From Prevotellaceae bacterium (GTDB lineage: Bacteria; Bacteroidota; Bacteroidia; Bacteroidales; Paludibacteraceae), in assembly GCA_031260925.1 (NCBI GenBank), contig JAISKN010000157.1, forward strand, positions 1 through 35,043: DNA of 35,043 bases, in the 5' to 3' direction. How positions within the stretch are numbered: position 1 is the first letter of the stretch; each line of letters begins with the position of its first letter. A program made the translations under genes and the position numbers. Below are positions 1-9,478 of this stretch, piece after piece. The notes under the pieces were generated by a model, which was given only the letters and a program-made list of their open reading frames with translations, had not been told where the DNA came from and made no database searches.

Positions 1-2046
1 GTAGGCATTATGGAAAATAACATTACTTCCATAAGGAACTTCCTGTGAAAACCATAAAGTTTGATTATTACAAGCATCATGATAGTTTGCATCATCAGCA
101 ACCTCGTCAGAGTTAGTTCCGCCTATCCATGAGTAAACCATTACACCGTCCCAGATTACACCTTCATTTAAAGTGGCTTTTACCGTTACATTTGCGTGAA
201 CTGTAACAATAATTTCATCGCTTTCCAAGTTTGTGCCTGTTTCGACAACTTTAAATGTATAATCGCCTGCAACAGTAAAACTGTTATATGTATTGCTGCC
301 AATTTCTACAAAACTGCCGCCTGGAACCTGTACATAATATGTGTAAGTCGGTGTGCAAATATTTTCTGGTGCAGGTGTCAAAATAACCGTAGCACCAATG
401 CCAACATCTGTAGCGGAGGCTGCAAGTAAAAGTGATTGAGGTTGTGGAACAGGACAAGCAACAGCAGTCGCAGCAGATGTTGTTAATGTATAGCAAGCCG
501 CAGCAGATGTAACATTATCAGCATCAAATTGACTTCCGCTATTATTATTAAAAATAACATTCCCTATTGATGTTACTCCCGCAGGAAGCGTAACTTCATA
601 CCAACCATCGCAACTTGGGTTTGCATCAGTAGTACCAGGCCAGTCGCCAAATGTGTTAGATGTTGGCACTCCTCCCCACGCATAAATATAAACAGATGCC
701 CAACTATCTGGTTTTTTAAACCGTATTTTTACAGGCTCTGTAGATAAAATAGTTTTTACATCGTCATCAGTTTCCAAGCCTTCTGTTCCAACAACTTTAA
801 ATGAATATGTACCAAGTTCTGTTACTGTGTATGGACTTGTAATTGGAAGTGCCTCATAGTCAGGCTGACTTGGTAATTTTACATAATAAGTATAAGTTAC
901 GCTGCCTGGATTTGTAAAATAGGAATTTGTCGCACTAAGCGCAACAGTTCCATTTACCAAAAGCGGATTTGTTGAAGGTGTAAGTGTTAATGTTACTGTT
1001 GGGTCGGTAGTTGGCGGCGTGTAAACAATCATCGGACTGTTACCTGCATTGTAAGCACCTTCATAAACCGTTGTCATATTAACACAATTATAATTACACC
1101 AATCTACATTCTCAAGTCCTGTAATTGTATTATATGTTCCCCTTTGAAAATTTAACGTTGTGTTTGTTGCAGCCGCAGCAGTAACAGTAAGAGCATAAAC
1201 ATTTCCTGTACGAGAATCAGGATTGCCGATATTGCTATCATCTCCTTCGATAAGTACAAAATCAATAGTAACAGGCGTAGTACCTCCTGAAAAATTTGCT
1301 TTAAAATTTACAGAGCCATTAAACCACCAACCTATTGGCTTAAAATAAATAACATCGCCCTCGTGTGGAAAACAATTTGCCGTAACCTTTTTTTCTGTAC
1401 TTGTAGCATTTTCAGAATTATAAGTTGCTATTGCTTTGAAGTAATAATCTCCCATTGTTGTGCAAGTATAAGGACTTGTACAAGTTGTATAAGTTCCGCC
1501 TGTACCAAATTTCACCTGATATTCAATTGACGGAGTGCCAGAAAAGTTGACAGTTTCGTTTGTCAAAGTAACCTGTCCGCCTACACTTACAGTTGTCGGG
1601 GTAACGGTCAATGTTACTGTTGGTGCAGTTGGAGGTGGAGGTGTGTAAGTAGACATTGTTCCATTGCTTGGTGCTGATGCATTAGCCGTTTTTGATAAAG
1701 AACCATTTAATTCATAACAATTTCCATTATCCCAATTGACACCAGCAAGATTATAAACATTTGCAGCTTGAGTAGAACCCACTTTACGGCGAATTTCAAA
1801 ATCGGTATTTCCTGAAAGTTCCGTAGATGTAATTAATGCCTCATAAACATCTAAAGTACCAACAACAAGTGTCATTGTTTTTGCGACATTTCCACTTGAA
1901 TAAAAATGTAATTCAAAAGTTGCGCCGTCTTCTTGCCAAGCCGCATTTGGTTTGAAGTAAATTGTGGTATTTACAGCGGGCATCCACGCAAAAGCAGAAT
2001 TCATCGCAATTAATGCGAATAATAAAGAAAAGTAAAGTTTTTTCAT
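1..2046 (-). CDS. Secreted multi-module protein with CBM26/starch-binding-like modules alternating with Ig-like spacers (partial, continues past left edge)
   Basis: Manual translation from ATG at 2046 gives MKKLYFSLLFALIAMNSAFA (signal peptide), then TIYFKPNAAW, VIYFKPIGWW, IRFKKPDSWASVYIYAW...WPG...GWYEVTLP...NVIFNN and VMVYSW...NVIFHN. No stop found down to base 1 (682 codons). Confidence 0.85.
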   Translation of the reverse strand, partial: MKKLYFSLLFALIAMNSAFAWMPAVNTTIYFKPNAAWQEDGATFELHFYSSGNVAKTMTLVVGTLDVYEALITSTELSGNTDFEIRRKVGSTQAANVYNLAGVNWDNGNCYELNGSLSKTANASAPSNGTMSTYTPPPPTAPTVTLTVTPTTVSVGGQVTLTNETVNFSGTPSIEYQVKFGTGGTYTTCTSPYTCTTMGDYYFKAIATYNSENATSTEKKVTANCFPHEGDVIYFKPIGWWFNGSVNFKANFSGGTTPVTIDFVLIEGDDSNIGNPDSRTGNVYALTVTAAAATNTTLNFQRGTYNTITGLENVDWCNYNCVNMTTVYEGAYNAGNSPMIVYTPPTTDPTVTLTLTPSTNPLLVNGTVALSATNSYFTNPGSVTYTYYVKLPSQPDYEALPITSPYTVTELGTYSFKVVGTEGLETDDDVKTILSTEPVKIRFKKPDSWASVYIYAWGGVPTSNTFGDWPGTTDANPSCDGWYEVTLPAGVTSIGNVIFNNNSGSQFDADNVTSAAACYTLTTSAATAVACPVPQPQSLLLAASATDVGIGATVILTPAPENICTPTYTYYVQVPGGSFVEIGSNTYNSFTVAGDYTFKVVETGTNLESDEIIVTVHANVTVKATLNEGVIWDGVMVYSWIGGTNSDEVADDANYHDACNNQTLWFSQEVPYGSNVIFHNAY

Positions 2047-2091
2047 AGTAAAAGTGAATTAAAAGTGAATTAAAAGTTAAAATTATTACAG

Positions 2092-2099
2092 CAAAATTA
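2092..2099 (-). promoter_or_regulatory. Bacteroidota sigma-70 -7 box (TAATTTTG) for the minus-strand CDS
   Basis: Reverse complement of CAAAATTA matches TAnnTTTG, about 45 nt upstream of the ATG at 2046. Confidence 0.6.
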
Positions 2100-2159
2100 C
2101 TTACTTTTTATTTTTATTGTAATAATATAAAAAAAATTGCAGCAAAAAACTAAACTTGA

Positions 2160-2203
2160 CAATATTATATAATATTGTATATGCCTGTATTTCAGGCATA
2201 TAC
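2160..2203. promoter_or_regulatory. Two abutting palindromes in the divergent intergenic region (possible operators)
   Basis: CAATATTATATAATATTG (perfect 18-bp palindrome, 2160-2177) and GTATATGCCTG-tattt-CAGGCATATAC (2177-2203). Confidence 0.35.
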
Positions 2204-2287
2204 CGAATTTTTATTATAAAAAATAAGTAGATTTTTCTAAATTAATTTTATGAGGCAAATATAGGAAAATTGTGGGTTGTCATTTAA

Positions 2288-2330
2288 TCCCCCACCAACC
2301 CCCCTGCCCCCCTTTTTAAAAAAAGGGGGG
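2288..2330. repeat. C-run/G-run palindrome (same style as 4359-4420)
   Basis: CCCCCC-TTTTTAAAAAAA-GGGGGG preceded by further C runs. Confidence 0.55.
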
Positions 2331-2381
2331 AACTCCTAACCTGCATTGTAGGGGCAGGGCGGTTGGCGCGCGTTGTCATTC

Positions 2382-2435
2382 TCCGCAGGCAACGCTTCGC
2401 TCGCCTGCGGTTATGAAAATCAAGCCCTTCGGGCT
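2382..2435. repeat. REP-like CCGCAGG..CCTGCGG element (half copy of 12643-12841)
   Basis: 2382-2419 is 37/38 identical to the reverse complement of 12661-12698; the tail GGTTATGAAAATCAAGCCCTT(T)CGGGCT recurs at 12813-12841. Confidence 0.85.
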
Positions 2436-2448
2436 AAAAACACTCTCT

Positions 2449-2557
2449 TCCTTTCACCCTTTCATCTTTCTTCCTTTCCTCTTTTCCCCTTTCCTCTTTT
2501 CCCCTTTCCTCTTTTCCCCTTTCATCTTTCCCCCTTTCATCTTTCCCTTTCGCCTTT
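2449..2557. repeat. Polypyrimidine tandem array, alternating 8+7-mer units (15-bp period)
   Basis: TTTTCCCC/TTTCCTC/TTTCATC units. Confidence 0.9.
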
Positions 2558-2595
2558 TTTGGTTAAAATAGTATTAATATTAGATAAAATATTAT

Positions 2596-2626
2596 TTTGT
2601 CAGCACTATTTTTCACTGTACTTTTG
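2596..2626 (+). promoter_or_regulatory. Bacteroidota sigma-70 promoter for the GH5 gene/PUL
   Basis: TTTG (2596-2599), 19-nt spacer, TACTTTTG (2619-2626), ATG at 2652. Confidence 0.75.
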
Positions 2627-2651
2627 CATATTAAAAAATCTAACCAAAAAA

Positions 2652-3923
2652 ATGAAACACACATTATATATATTGTTTTTATCCTTTTTGATTGTCAGTT
2701 GCGGGCAAGAGCAGCGCGAAAGCGGTTTTGTTACGGCAAAAGACGGTCAATTTTTTATTGGACAAACACCTTATTATTATGTTGGCGTAAATTTTTGGTA
2801 CGGAGCGATACTTGCCTCCACAGGCGAGGGCGGCGACCGCGAGCGTTTGGCAAAAGAGTTAGATTTTTTGCAGAGCATCGGCGTTAATAATCTGCGCATT
2901 TTAGTTGGCGCAGACGGCGAGCGCGGCGTTTTTACCAAAGCAGAGCCGACTTTGCAGGTTGCGCCAAACGTGTATAACGACACAATACTTGACGGACTTG
3001 ATTTTCTGATGGCGGAACTCGGCAGGCGCGAAATGTACGCCGTTCTCTACCTCAACAATTCGTGGGAATGGAGTGGCGGCTACGGACAATATCTCGAATG
3101 GGCGGGCGCAGGCAAAGCCCCAATTCCAAACATTGACGGCTGGGATAAATATCTAAAATTTGCAGCGCAATTTGTGCAAAACGACAGCGCAAAACGCATT
3201 TTTGCCGACTATGTAGATTTTATAGTAACGCGCACAAACCGTTATACAAACATTCCCTATACCGAAGATAAAGCCCTGATGTCGTGGCAGATAGGTAACG
3301 AGCCGAGAGCATTTGCGGAAGAAAACAAAGATGTTTTTGCAGAGTATATTCTTGATGTTGCAAAGCAGATAAAAAATTTGGACAAAAATCACCTTGTTTC
3401 TGTGGGCAGCGAGGGCAAACACGGCTGCGAAGAGGACATCGCGCTTTGGGCAAAAATTCATTCATACCCCGAAATTGACTACGGCACTTTTCATATCTGG
3501 TCGCTGAATTGGGGTTGGATAGACAGCACTACCATTGAGCAAAATGTGCAACTCGCCTGCGAAAACACCAAAGAATACATCAACGAGCATCTCGACATTC
3601 TCAAACAGTACGGCAAACCGTCTGTGTTGGAAGAGTTTGGCTATCCGCGCGACAATTTCAGTTTTGCGCTTGGCACGCCGACCACCGCCCGCGACATATA
3701 TTATAGATACGTTTTCAATTTGATTTCCGAAAAAAAGAACGGTTTTGCGGGCTGCAACCTTTGGGCGTGGGGCGGTTTTGCCAAGCCCGCACACGTTTTT
3801 TGGCAAAAAGGCGATGATTACGCAGGCGACCCAGCGCAAGAACAGCAGGGATTAAACTCGGTTTTTGCAGACGACAGCACAGTGGAGATTATCAAAGAGG
3901 CAAATTTTAAATTTTCGAATTAG
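2652..3923 (+). CDS. GH5 (subfamily 7-like) beta-mannanase/mannosidase, lipoprotein
   Basis: True start is MKHTLYILFLSFLIVSC (lipobox). Motifs GVNFWYG, LNNSWEWSGG, WQIGNEPR (acid/base Glu), VLEEFG (nucleophile Glu), WAWGG, GDPAQEQQG. Confidence 0.9.
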   Translation: MKHTLYILFLSFLIVSCGQEQRESGFVTAKDGQFFIGQTPYYYVGVNFWYGAILASTGEGGDRERLAKELDFLQSIGVNNLRILVGADGERGVFTKAEPTLQVAPNVYNDTILDGLDFLMAELGRREMYAVLYLNNSWEWSGGYGQYLEWAGAGKAPIPNIDGWDKYLKFAAQFVQNDSAKRIFADYVDFIVTRTNRYTNIPYTEDKALMSWQIGNEPRAFAEENKDVFAEYILDVAKQIKNLDKNHLVSVGSEGKHGCEEDIALWAKIHSYPEIDYGTFHIWSLNWGWIDSTTIEQNVQLACENTKEYINEHLDILKQYGKPSVLEEFGYPRDNFSFALGTPTTARDIYYRYVFNLISEKKNGFAGCNLWAWGGFAKPAHVFWQKGDDYAGDPAQEQQGLNSVFADDSTVEIIKEANFKFSN

Positions 3924-3948
3924 GCTTTTAAATGATATTTTTATTTTG

Positions 3949-4110
3949 AACGCAAAGGCGCAAAGTCTCAAAGACGCTAAGAAAAACTTTTAAGTTTTTA
4001 TCCTTTGCGCTCTTAAAAATAAAATTTAAAATCAGTAGTAAAAAATAAATAATATACTAAATATCAAATAATTATATCAAATTAATAAAAAAACTTTGCG
4101 CCTTTGCGTT
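3949..4110. repeat. Long-spacer inverted repeat built from 8/9-mer subunits
   Basis: AACGCAAAGGCGCAAAGT (3949-3966) and ACTTTGCGCCTTTGCGTT (4093-4110), a perfect 18-bp IR. Confidence 0.85.
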
Positions 4111-4229
4111 TAAATATTAAAACTGTTTTAATTTGAGATAAATATTAATTAAATTTTAAAAATATATTTTTTTTCATAATAGTTGTTTTGAATAGTTTTT
4201 TTTAGGTAAAAAAGGTTTTTTAAGCGAAA

Positions 4230-4258
4230 TGTAGAGGCGTGTAAATGCCGCCTCTACA
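4230..4258. repeat. GTAG...CTAC-type REP hairpin
   Basis: TGTAGAGGCG-tgtaaatgc-CGCCTCTACA. Confidence 0.7.
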
Positions 4259-4358
4259 GAGTAGGAAGAGAGTTAAAAAATAAAAGTTAAGAACTAAAAA
4301 CTAAGAGTTAAGAACTAAAAATCATTCAACAGACAAATAAACAGATAACCAAATAAAA

Positions 4359-4420
4359 AGCCCCCTAACCCCCTCAGGGGGAACAAAAGCAAAGTCCCCC
4401 TGAGGGGGATTTAGGGGGCT
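4359..4420. repeat. Cruciform palindrome with two internal CCCCCT(C/G)AGGGGG hairpins
   Basis: AGCCCCCTAA...TTAGGGGGCT outer arms, ending 17 nt before the ATG at 4438. Confidence 0.85.
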
Positions 4421-4437
4421 AAAATAAAAATAAATAT

Positions 4438-5676
4438 ATGAAAAATATCACAAAAATATTATCAATTCTTGTAATTGCCTTATTTTCAATAAGTTGCACA
4501 CAAGCGCAAACAACAATCAAAGTTGCTCAAAACAACGATTGGGTGTTTGTTTCGCCCATTGTGCCAAAAATTGACATTACGGCTGTTAATAATTCACAAA
4601 ATGCTGTAAAAGAATTGGTTACGCTGCAAATTGAGACCGACAAGCACGAAAAACTTTTTGTTTTGTCGCAAACGGCTGATATTTTGGGCAAAGACAGTGC
4701 AAAAATTACATTTGAATTTTCATTGCAGGCAGGTTTTTACCGCTGCGAAGTGTTTCTGGCAAACAGTTCAGTCAAACAGTTCAATATAGGAGTTAATCCC
4801 GAAGAAATCGTTTCAAAGCCTGATTATCAACCAGATATAAAAGAATTTTGGGACAGAGCAAAAGCCGAACTCGCGCTTGTGAAACCCGAATACAAAATCA
4901 CGCAAATCAAAGACACATTTAATAATAAGCAGCGGAAACTCTATTTGGTAAAAATGAAATCGCTCGGCGGCGTAGAAGTTGGCGGTTTCCTGTCTGTGCC
5001 TGTGAAAAAGGGCAAATTCCCTGCCGACATTCATTATATGGGCTACGGCTCAAAACCTTGGCAGCCCGGCGGAATGGCAGACAGAGTTGAATTTGTGCTT
5101 TCTACGCGCAATCAGGGCTTGTACGAAAACACCGCAACAGGCAATCAGTGGATTTGCTGGGGCTTGGAAGATATTGAAAAATACTACTATCGAGGCGCGT
5201 TTATGGACTTAATCCGCGCAATCGACTTTGTGTGTTCGCTGCCCTCAGTTGATACCGAAAATATTTTTGCCGAAGGAGCATCGCAGGGCGGAGCATTTAC
5301 GCTTGCCGCCGCCGCGCTCGACAATCGGCTCAAGGCAATCGCGCCGCAGATACCGTTTCTGAGCGATTACCCCGACTATTTTCAGATTGTAGATTGGCCT
5401 GGCAACTGGCTTTTGGACAAACAGAAAGAGTTGAAAATGAGCGATGAACAATTTTACAAAAATCTCTCTTATTTTGATATAAAAAATATTGTACAATGGA
5501 TTACCTGCCCTGTAATAATGGGCGTTGGCTTGCAAGACGATGTTTGCCCGCCGCACACCAATTTTTCGGGCTACAACCTGATAACCACCAAAAAAGAGTA
5601 CAGAATTTATCCAAACGAAAAACACAGCACAGGCAAGGGCTGGTGGGAGGCAAAAGAGGAATTTTGGGGGAAATGA
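4438..5676 (+). CDS. CE7 (AXE1 family) acetyl esterase with an N-terminal extra domain, probable acetylmannan/acetylxylan esterase, possible lipoprotein
   Basis: RNQG, YYYRGAFMD, GASQGG nucleophile elbow, QDDVCPP (Asp), C-terminal His; signal peptide with ISC. Confidence 0.88.
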   Translation: MKNITKILSILVIALFSISCTQAQTTIKVAQNNDWVFVSPIVPKIDITAVNNSQNAVKELVTLQIETDKHEKLFVLSQTADILGKDSAKITFEFSLQAGFYRCEVFLANSSVKQFNIGVNPEEIVSKPDYQPDIKEFWDRAKAELALVKPEYKITQIKDTFNNKQRKLYLVKMKSLGGVEVGGFLSVPVKKGKFPADIHYMGYGSKPWQPGGMADRVEFVLSTRNQGLYENTATGNQWICWGLEDIEKYYYRGAFMDLIRAIDFVCSLPSVDTENIFAEGASQGGAFTLAAAALDNRLKAIAPQIPFLSDYPDYFQIVDWPGNWLLDKQKELKMSDEQFYKNLSYFDIKNIVQWITCPVIMGVGLQDDVCPPHTNFSGYNLITTKKEYRIYPNEKHSTGKGWWEAKEEFWGK

Positions 5677-5890
5677 TGATTTTATGGGGTTATTTGATTA
5701 TTTGGTGATTTTTATGGTGATTTGATTATTTGGTGATTTGGTTATTTGTTAATACAAAACAAATAATCAATAAACAAACAAATAAACAATCAAATCAACA
5801 AATAATCAAATAAACAAATAATCAAATAAACAAATCAACAAATAACCAGATAAACAAATCAACAAATCAACAAAAAAATCAAACAAATAT
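5676..5890. repeat. Fold-back 8-mer array (GGTTATTT/GGTGATTT block, then AAATAACC/AAATCAAC block)
   Basis: G/T-rich half followed by A/C-rich half; junction GGTTATTTGTTAATA. Confidence 0.9.
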
Positions 5891-5907
5891 ATCTAACTAA
5901 ACCTAAT

Positions 5908-8900
5908 ATGATAAAACACTTTAAATTAATCTTTTTATTTTGTGCATTGCCGATAATGGTATTTGCACAGAATATCAAAATTTCGGGCGTGGTTACCGAC
6001 CAATACGGCGAGTTTTTGACAGGCGTAGCCGTTGTTGAAAAAGGCACTGCAAACGGCACAATTACCGACATCAACGGTGCATTTGAAATATCGGTAAAAA
6101 ATGATGCCGCTGTTTTGGTTTTTACAATGGTAAGTTACAAAACGCAGGAGATAAAAGCAGGTACTAAAACAGAGTTAAGAGTTACAATGCAAGATATTTC
6201 TAATGAACTTGATGAAGTTGTGGCAGTAGGTTACGGCACAATGCGCAAACGCGACATTTCGGGTGCAATTCAGCAAGTCAAAGGAGACGACCTTCTCAAA
6301 GGCAACCCCTCAACGAGTATCAGTTCGGCATTGCAGGGTAAAATGGCTGGCGTGGTAGTGGCGCAAAATGACGGCGCGCCGGGAGCGGGAATGAGCATCA
6401 CAATTCGCGGCACAAACTCGTTTTCTACCTCTTCGCAGCCGCTTTATGTAGTTGATGGAATACCGTTTGACGTGGCAGGAATGCCCTCTGGCGGCGATGC
6501 CAACGGCGCAAACAACCAAACAGCAAACCCGCTCGCTTTGATTAACCCAAGCAATATTGAAAGTATCGAAGTGCTTAAAGATGCCTCTGCCACAGCAATT
6601 TACGGCTCGCGCGGAGCAAACGGCGTTGTGCTTATTACAACAAAAAAAGGTGCAGAAGGCAACGAAAAAGTGGAATTATCGGCAAATGTAAGTATGTCGC
6701 AAATCGGCAAACAAGTGAAAGTGCTTAATGGTTACGATTATGCCAATTATATGAACGAGCAGGCGATTTTTGATGAAACATACAGAGGAAAAACCTACAC
6801 CAACCTGCCATTTTCAGGACTTTGGGCGTACAATTACGATGCCAACGACAACGTGATGCCGTCTACTTTCCGCTACACGCCGTCTCCAGAAGATTTTTTG
6901 CACCCATACACAATTTATGATGCTTACGGAAACTCTTTTACGCCAGAACAGACCGATTGGCAAGACCAGATTTATCAAACGGGACTTACACAGGAGTACA
7001 ATCTGCGTGTTTCAGGCGGAAATAATAACGGTTGGCATTCGTTCTCGGGCAACTTTGTTAATCAAGACGGAATTATTAAAAATTCGGGTTACAGACGTTA
7101 CAATGTAGCAGCAAATATCGGCAGAAAAGTTCATAAATGGCTCGAACTCGGACTTTCGATTAATTATACAAATTCTACAACAAATTTTACAAAATCAAAT
7201 GCCTACGACTTTTCAATCATTCGTTCTGCACTTTGGTTTCCGCCAACCTACGGCGTAGATATGGAAACAACCACTGCCGACAATCTGAGTTGGCTCGCTG
7301 CAAACCCATACAAGTATATTAATACCGCATTCGATAAACTTGTAACCGATAATGTTTTTACTTCGGCTTATGCGGAAATAAAATTTACCGATTATCTTTC
7401 GTTTCGGCAAAATGTGGGTATTTCATACAGCAGCAATAACCGAATGACCTATTACGGCAGACACACGCAGGAAGGTCGCGCGCCGAACAACGGCGTGGGC
7501 AGTCAGGCAGACAACTGGTGGCGCGGAATTACGATTGAAAGTCTGCTTACTTTCAAAAAAACTTTCGGCATACATTCGTTGAATGCAGTTGTCGGTTTTA
7601 CCCGAGAAAACGGCGATTGGGGCAGCAAAAGTATTGTGTCGCGCAATTTTCCGTCAGACGAAACAGGCGCATTCGATTTGAGCAAAGGACTTGAGCCGCA
7701 AACTCCAACTTCCGACAGAGGAATGTCGAGAATGAACTCTGTTTTGGGTAGAATAAATTATGTGCTGTCAGATAAATATATTTTTACTGTATCATTCCGT
7801 TCAGACGGCACAAGCAAATTTGCAAAGGGCAACCGTTGGGAACATTCTCCGTCAGCCGCATTCGCGTGGAGAGCAAGCGAAGAAAAATTTATTCAGAAAC
7901 TAAATATTTTCAGCAATCTTAAACTGCGTTTAAGTTACGGACAGACAGGCAATCAGGGAATTAACGCCTACGCAACAATAATGCAACTCGGCAGAGCCAA
8001 CTATCCTTATGACGGCTCGCTCAACAGCGGTTATGCACAATTACTTTGGGCTGGTCCAGTCAATAAAAATCTCAAATGGGAAACAACAGAGCAATACAAC
8101 GCAGGGTTAGATGTCAGTTTTTTGCGCGACAGAATTAATTTTACCATTGATTATTATCACAAAAACACGCGCGATTTGCTGCAAAGAGTAAAAATTCCAA
8201 CAAGTGCAGGTTTCGGAAGTATGCAAACAAATTTTGGCAATGTTACCAATGACGGCTTGGAAATTACAGGAAATTTTGGATTAATTCAAAATAGAGATTT
8301 TAAATGGAATTTAAGCGCAAATATCTCTTTTAATAAAAATAAAATTCACGGCTTGGAGCAAGACCAGTTTGCCAACGCGCTTTGGAGTGCCGTTGATGAA
8401 GTTTTTATTCAACGCAACGACTGTCCGATTGGTGCAATTTACGGCTATGTAGAAGACGGCTTTTACGACAATGAGGCGGAAGTTCGCGCCGACAAAACAT
8501 ACGCAAATTCGGCAGAGGCAACAATTAAAAATATGGTGGGCGAAATTAAATACCGCGATATTTCTGGTCCTGACGGCGTACCAGACGGCATTGTAGATAG
8601 TTACGACCGTACAATTATCGGCAACACCAACCCCGATTTTGTCTATGGCTTAACAACTTCAATCAGTTGGAAAGGGCTAAATCTCAGCATATTTTTTCAG
8701 GGAACTTACGGCAATGATATGTTCAACGCAAACCTTGTCGACATCAAAATGGGCAATCAGGGAAACATCACGCAAGAGGCGTATGACACTCGTTGGCGAC
8801 CAGATTTTACCGATGCTGACGGCGCAATGTGGCCAAAAGCAACAGGCGGCTACGACCGTGTTTGGAAAACATCAAACCGCTATGTTGAAGACGGCTCGTA

Positions 8901-9129
8901 TTTAAGATTAAAAAATATTTCGTTGAGTTATGATATTCCTGTTAAAATCAAAGCAATCGAAACATTGAATATTTTTGCCAGCGCGTCAAATCTTTTCACA
9001 ATTACAAAATATTCGTGGTTTGACCCCGATGTAAATGCCTTTGGCGGCGATGCTTCGCGGCGAGGAGTTGATATTTATTCATATCCTTCAAGCAGAAATT
9101 ACTCATTAGGCGTTAAAATAATTTTTTAA
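5908..9129 (+). CDS. susC: SusC/RagA TonB-dependent transporter
   Basis: N-terminal CarboxypepD_reg-like domain, LDEVVAVGYG, IESIEVLKDASATAIYGSRGANGVVLITTK plug motif, LKWETTEQYNAGLD, YLRLKNISLSY, terminal Phe. Confidence 0.96.
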   Translation: MIKHFKLIFLFCALPIMVFAQNIKISGVVTDQYGEFLTGVAVVEKGTANGTITDINGAFEISVKNDAAVLVFTMVSYKTQEIKAGTKTELRVTMQDISNELDEVVAVGYGTMRKRDISGAIQQVKGDDLLKGNPSTSISSALQGKMAGVVVAQNDGAPGAGMSITIRGTNSFSTSSQPLYVVDGIPFDVAGMPSGGDANGANNQTANPLALINPSNIESIEVLKDASATAIYGSRGANGVVLITTKKGAEGNEKVELSANVSMSQIGKQVKVLNGYDYANYMNEQAIFDETYRGKTYTNLPFSGLWAYNYDANDNVMPSTFRYTPSPEDFLHPYTIYDAYGNSFTPEQTDWQDQIYQTGLTQEYNLRVSGGNNNGWHSFSGNFVNQDGIIKNSGYRRYNVAANIGRKVHKWLELGLSINYTNSTTNFTKSNAYDFSIIRSALWFPPTYGVDMETTTADNLSWLAANPYKYINTAFDKLVTDNVFTSAYAEIKFTDYLSFRQNVGISYSSNNRMTYYGRHTQEGRAPNNGVGSQADNWWRGITIESLLTFKKTFGIHSLNAVVGFTRENGDWGSKSIVSRNFPSDETGAFDLSKGLEPQTPTSDRGMSRMNSVLGRINYVLSDKYIFTVSFRSDGTSKFAKGNRWEHSPSAAFAWRASEEKFIQKLNIFSNLKLRLSYGQTGNQGINAYATIMQLGRANYPYDGSLNSGYAQLLWAGPVNKNLKWETTEQYNAGLDVSFLRDRINFTIDYYHKNTRDLLQRVKIPTSAGFGSMQTNFGNVTNDGLEITGNFGLIQNRDFKWNLSANISFNKNKIHGLEQDQFANALWSAVDEVFIQRNDCPIGAIYGYVEDGFYDNEAEVRADKTYANSAEATIKNMVGEIKYRDISGPDGVPDGIVDSYDRTIIGNTNPDFVYGLTTSISWKGLNLSIFFQGTYGNDMFNANLVDIKMGNQGNITQEAYDTRWRPDFTDADGAMWPKATGGYDRVWKTSNRYVEDGSYLRLKNISLSYDIPVKIKAIETLNIFASASNLFTITKYSWFDPDVNAFGGDASRRGVDIYSYPSSRNYSLGVKIIF

Positions 9130-9133
9130 ATAC

Positions 9134-9463
9134 AAGTAATAAGTAATAAGTAACAAGTAATAAGTAACAAGTAATAAGTAACAAGTAATAAGTAACAAGT
9201 AATAAGTAACAAGTAATAAGTAACAAGTAATAAGTATAAAGTAACAAGTAATAAGTAACAAGTAACAAGTAACAAGTAATAAGTATAAAGTAACAAGTAT
9301 AAAGTAATAAGTAATAAGTAATAAGTAATAAGTAATAAGTAATAAGTAATAAGTAATAAGTAATAAGTATCAGGTAGTAAGCAATAATCATTGAGTAACT
9401 CATTACTCACTACTAATCACTAATTACTAATCACTAATTACTATTAACTAATTACTAACTACT
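9134..9463. repeat. Heptamer array AAGTAA(T/C)/AAGTATA x33, followed by about 9 complementary AATTACT/AATCACT units
   Basis: Units parsed from 9134 to 9364; inverse units at 9401-9463. Confidence 0.95.
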
Positions 9464-9478
9464 AAAATAAATAAAAAT

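Noticed and set aside
196-496. Short ORFs 196..429 (+) and 284..496 (-)
   Set aside because: They are shadows of the long minus-strand CDS at 1-2046.
2373-2651. 93-aa N-terminal extension of the GH5 ORF in the track
   Set aside because: It is translated repeat DNA (FPLFPFPLF). The promoter at 2596-2626 and the lipoprotein signal support the ATG at 2652.
4359-4420. tRNA or riboswitch reading of the cruciforms (also 12643-12841)
   Set aside because: No D/T-loop consensus or known aptamer motif, and related sequences recur as dispersed repeats.
9134-9364. Possible CRISPR array (also 14494-14782 and 19524-19683)
   Set aside because: Units are contiguous 7-8-mers with no unique spacers, and there are no cas genes.
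9113-9410. Two minus-strand ORFs of LLITYY repeats
   Set aside because: They arise from reading the AAGTAAT array, which has no stops on that strand; there is no other evidence of coding.
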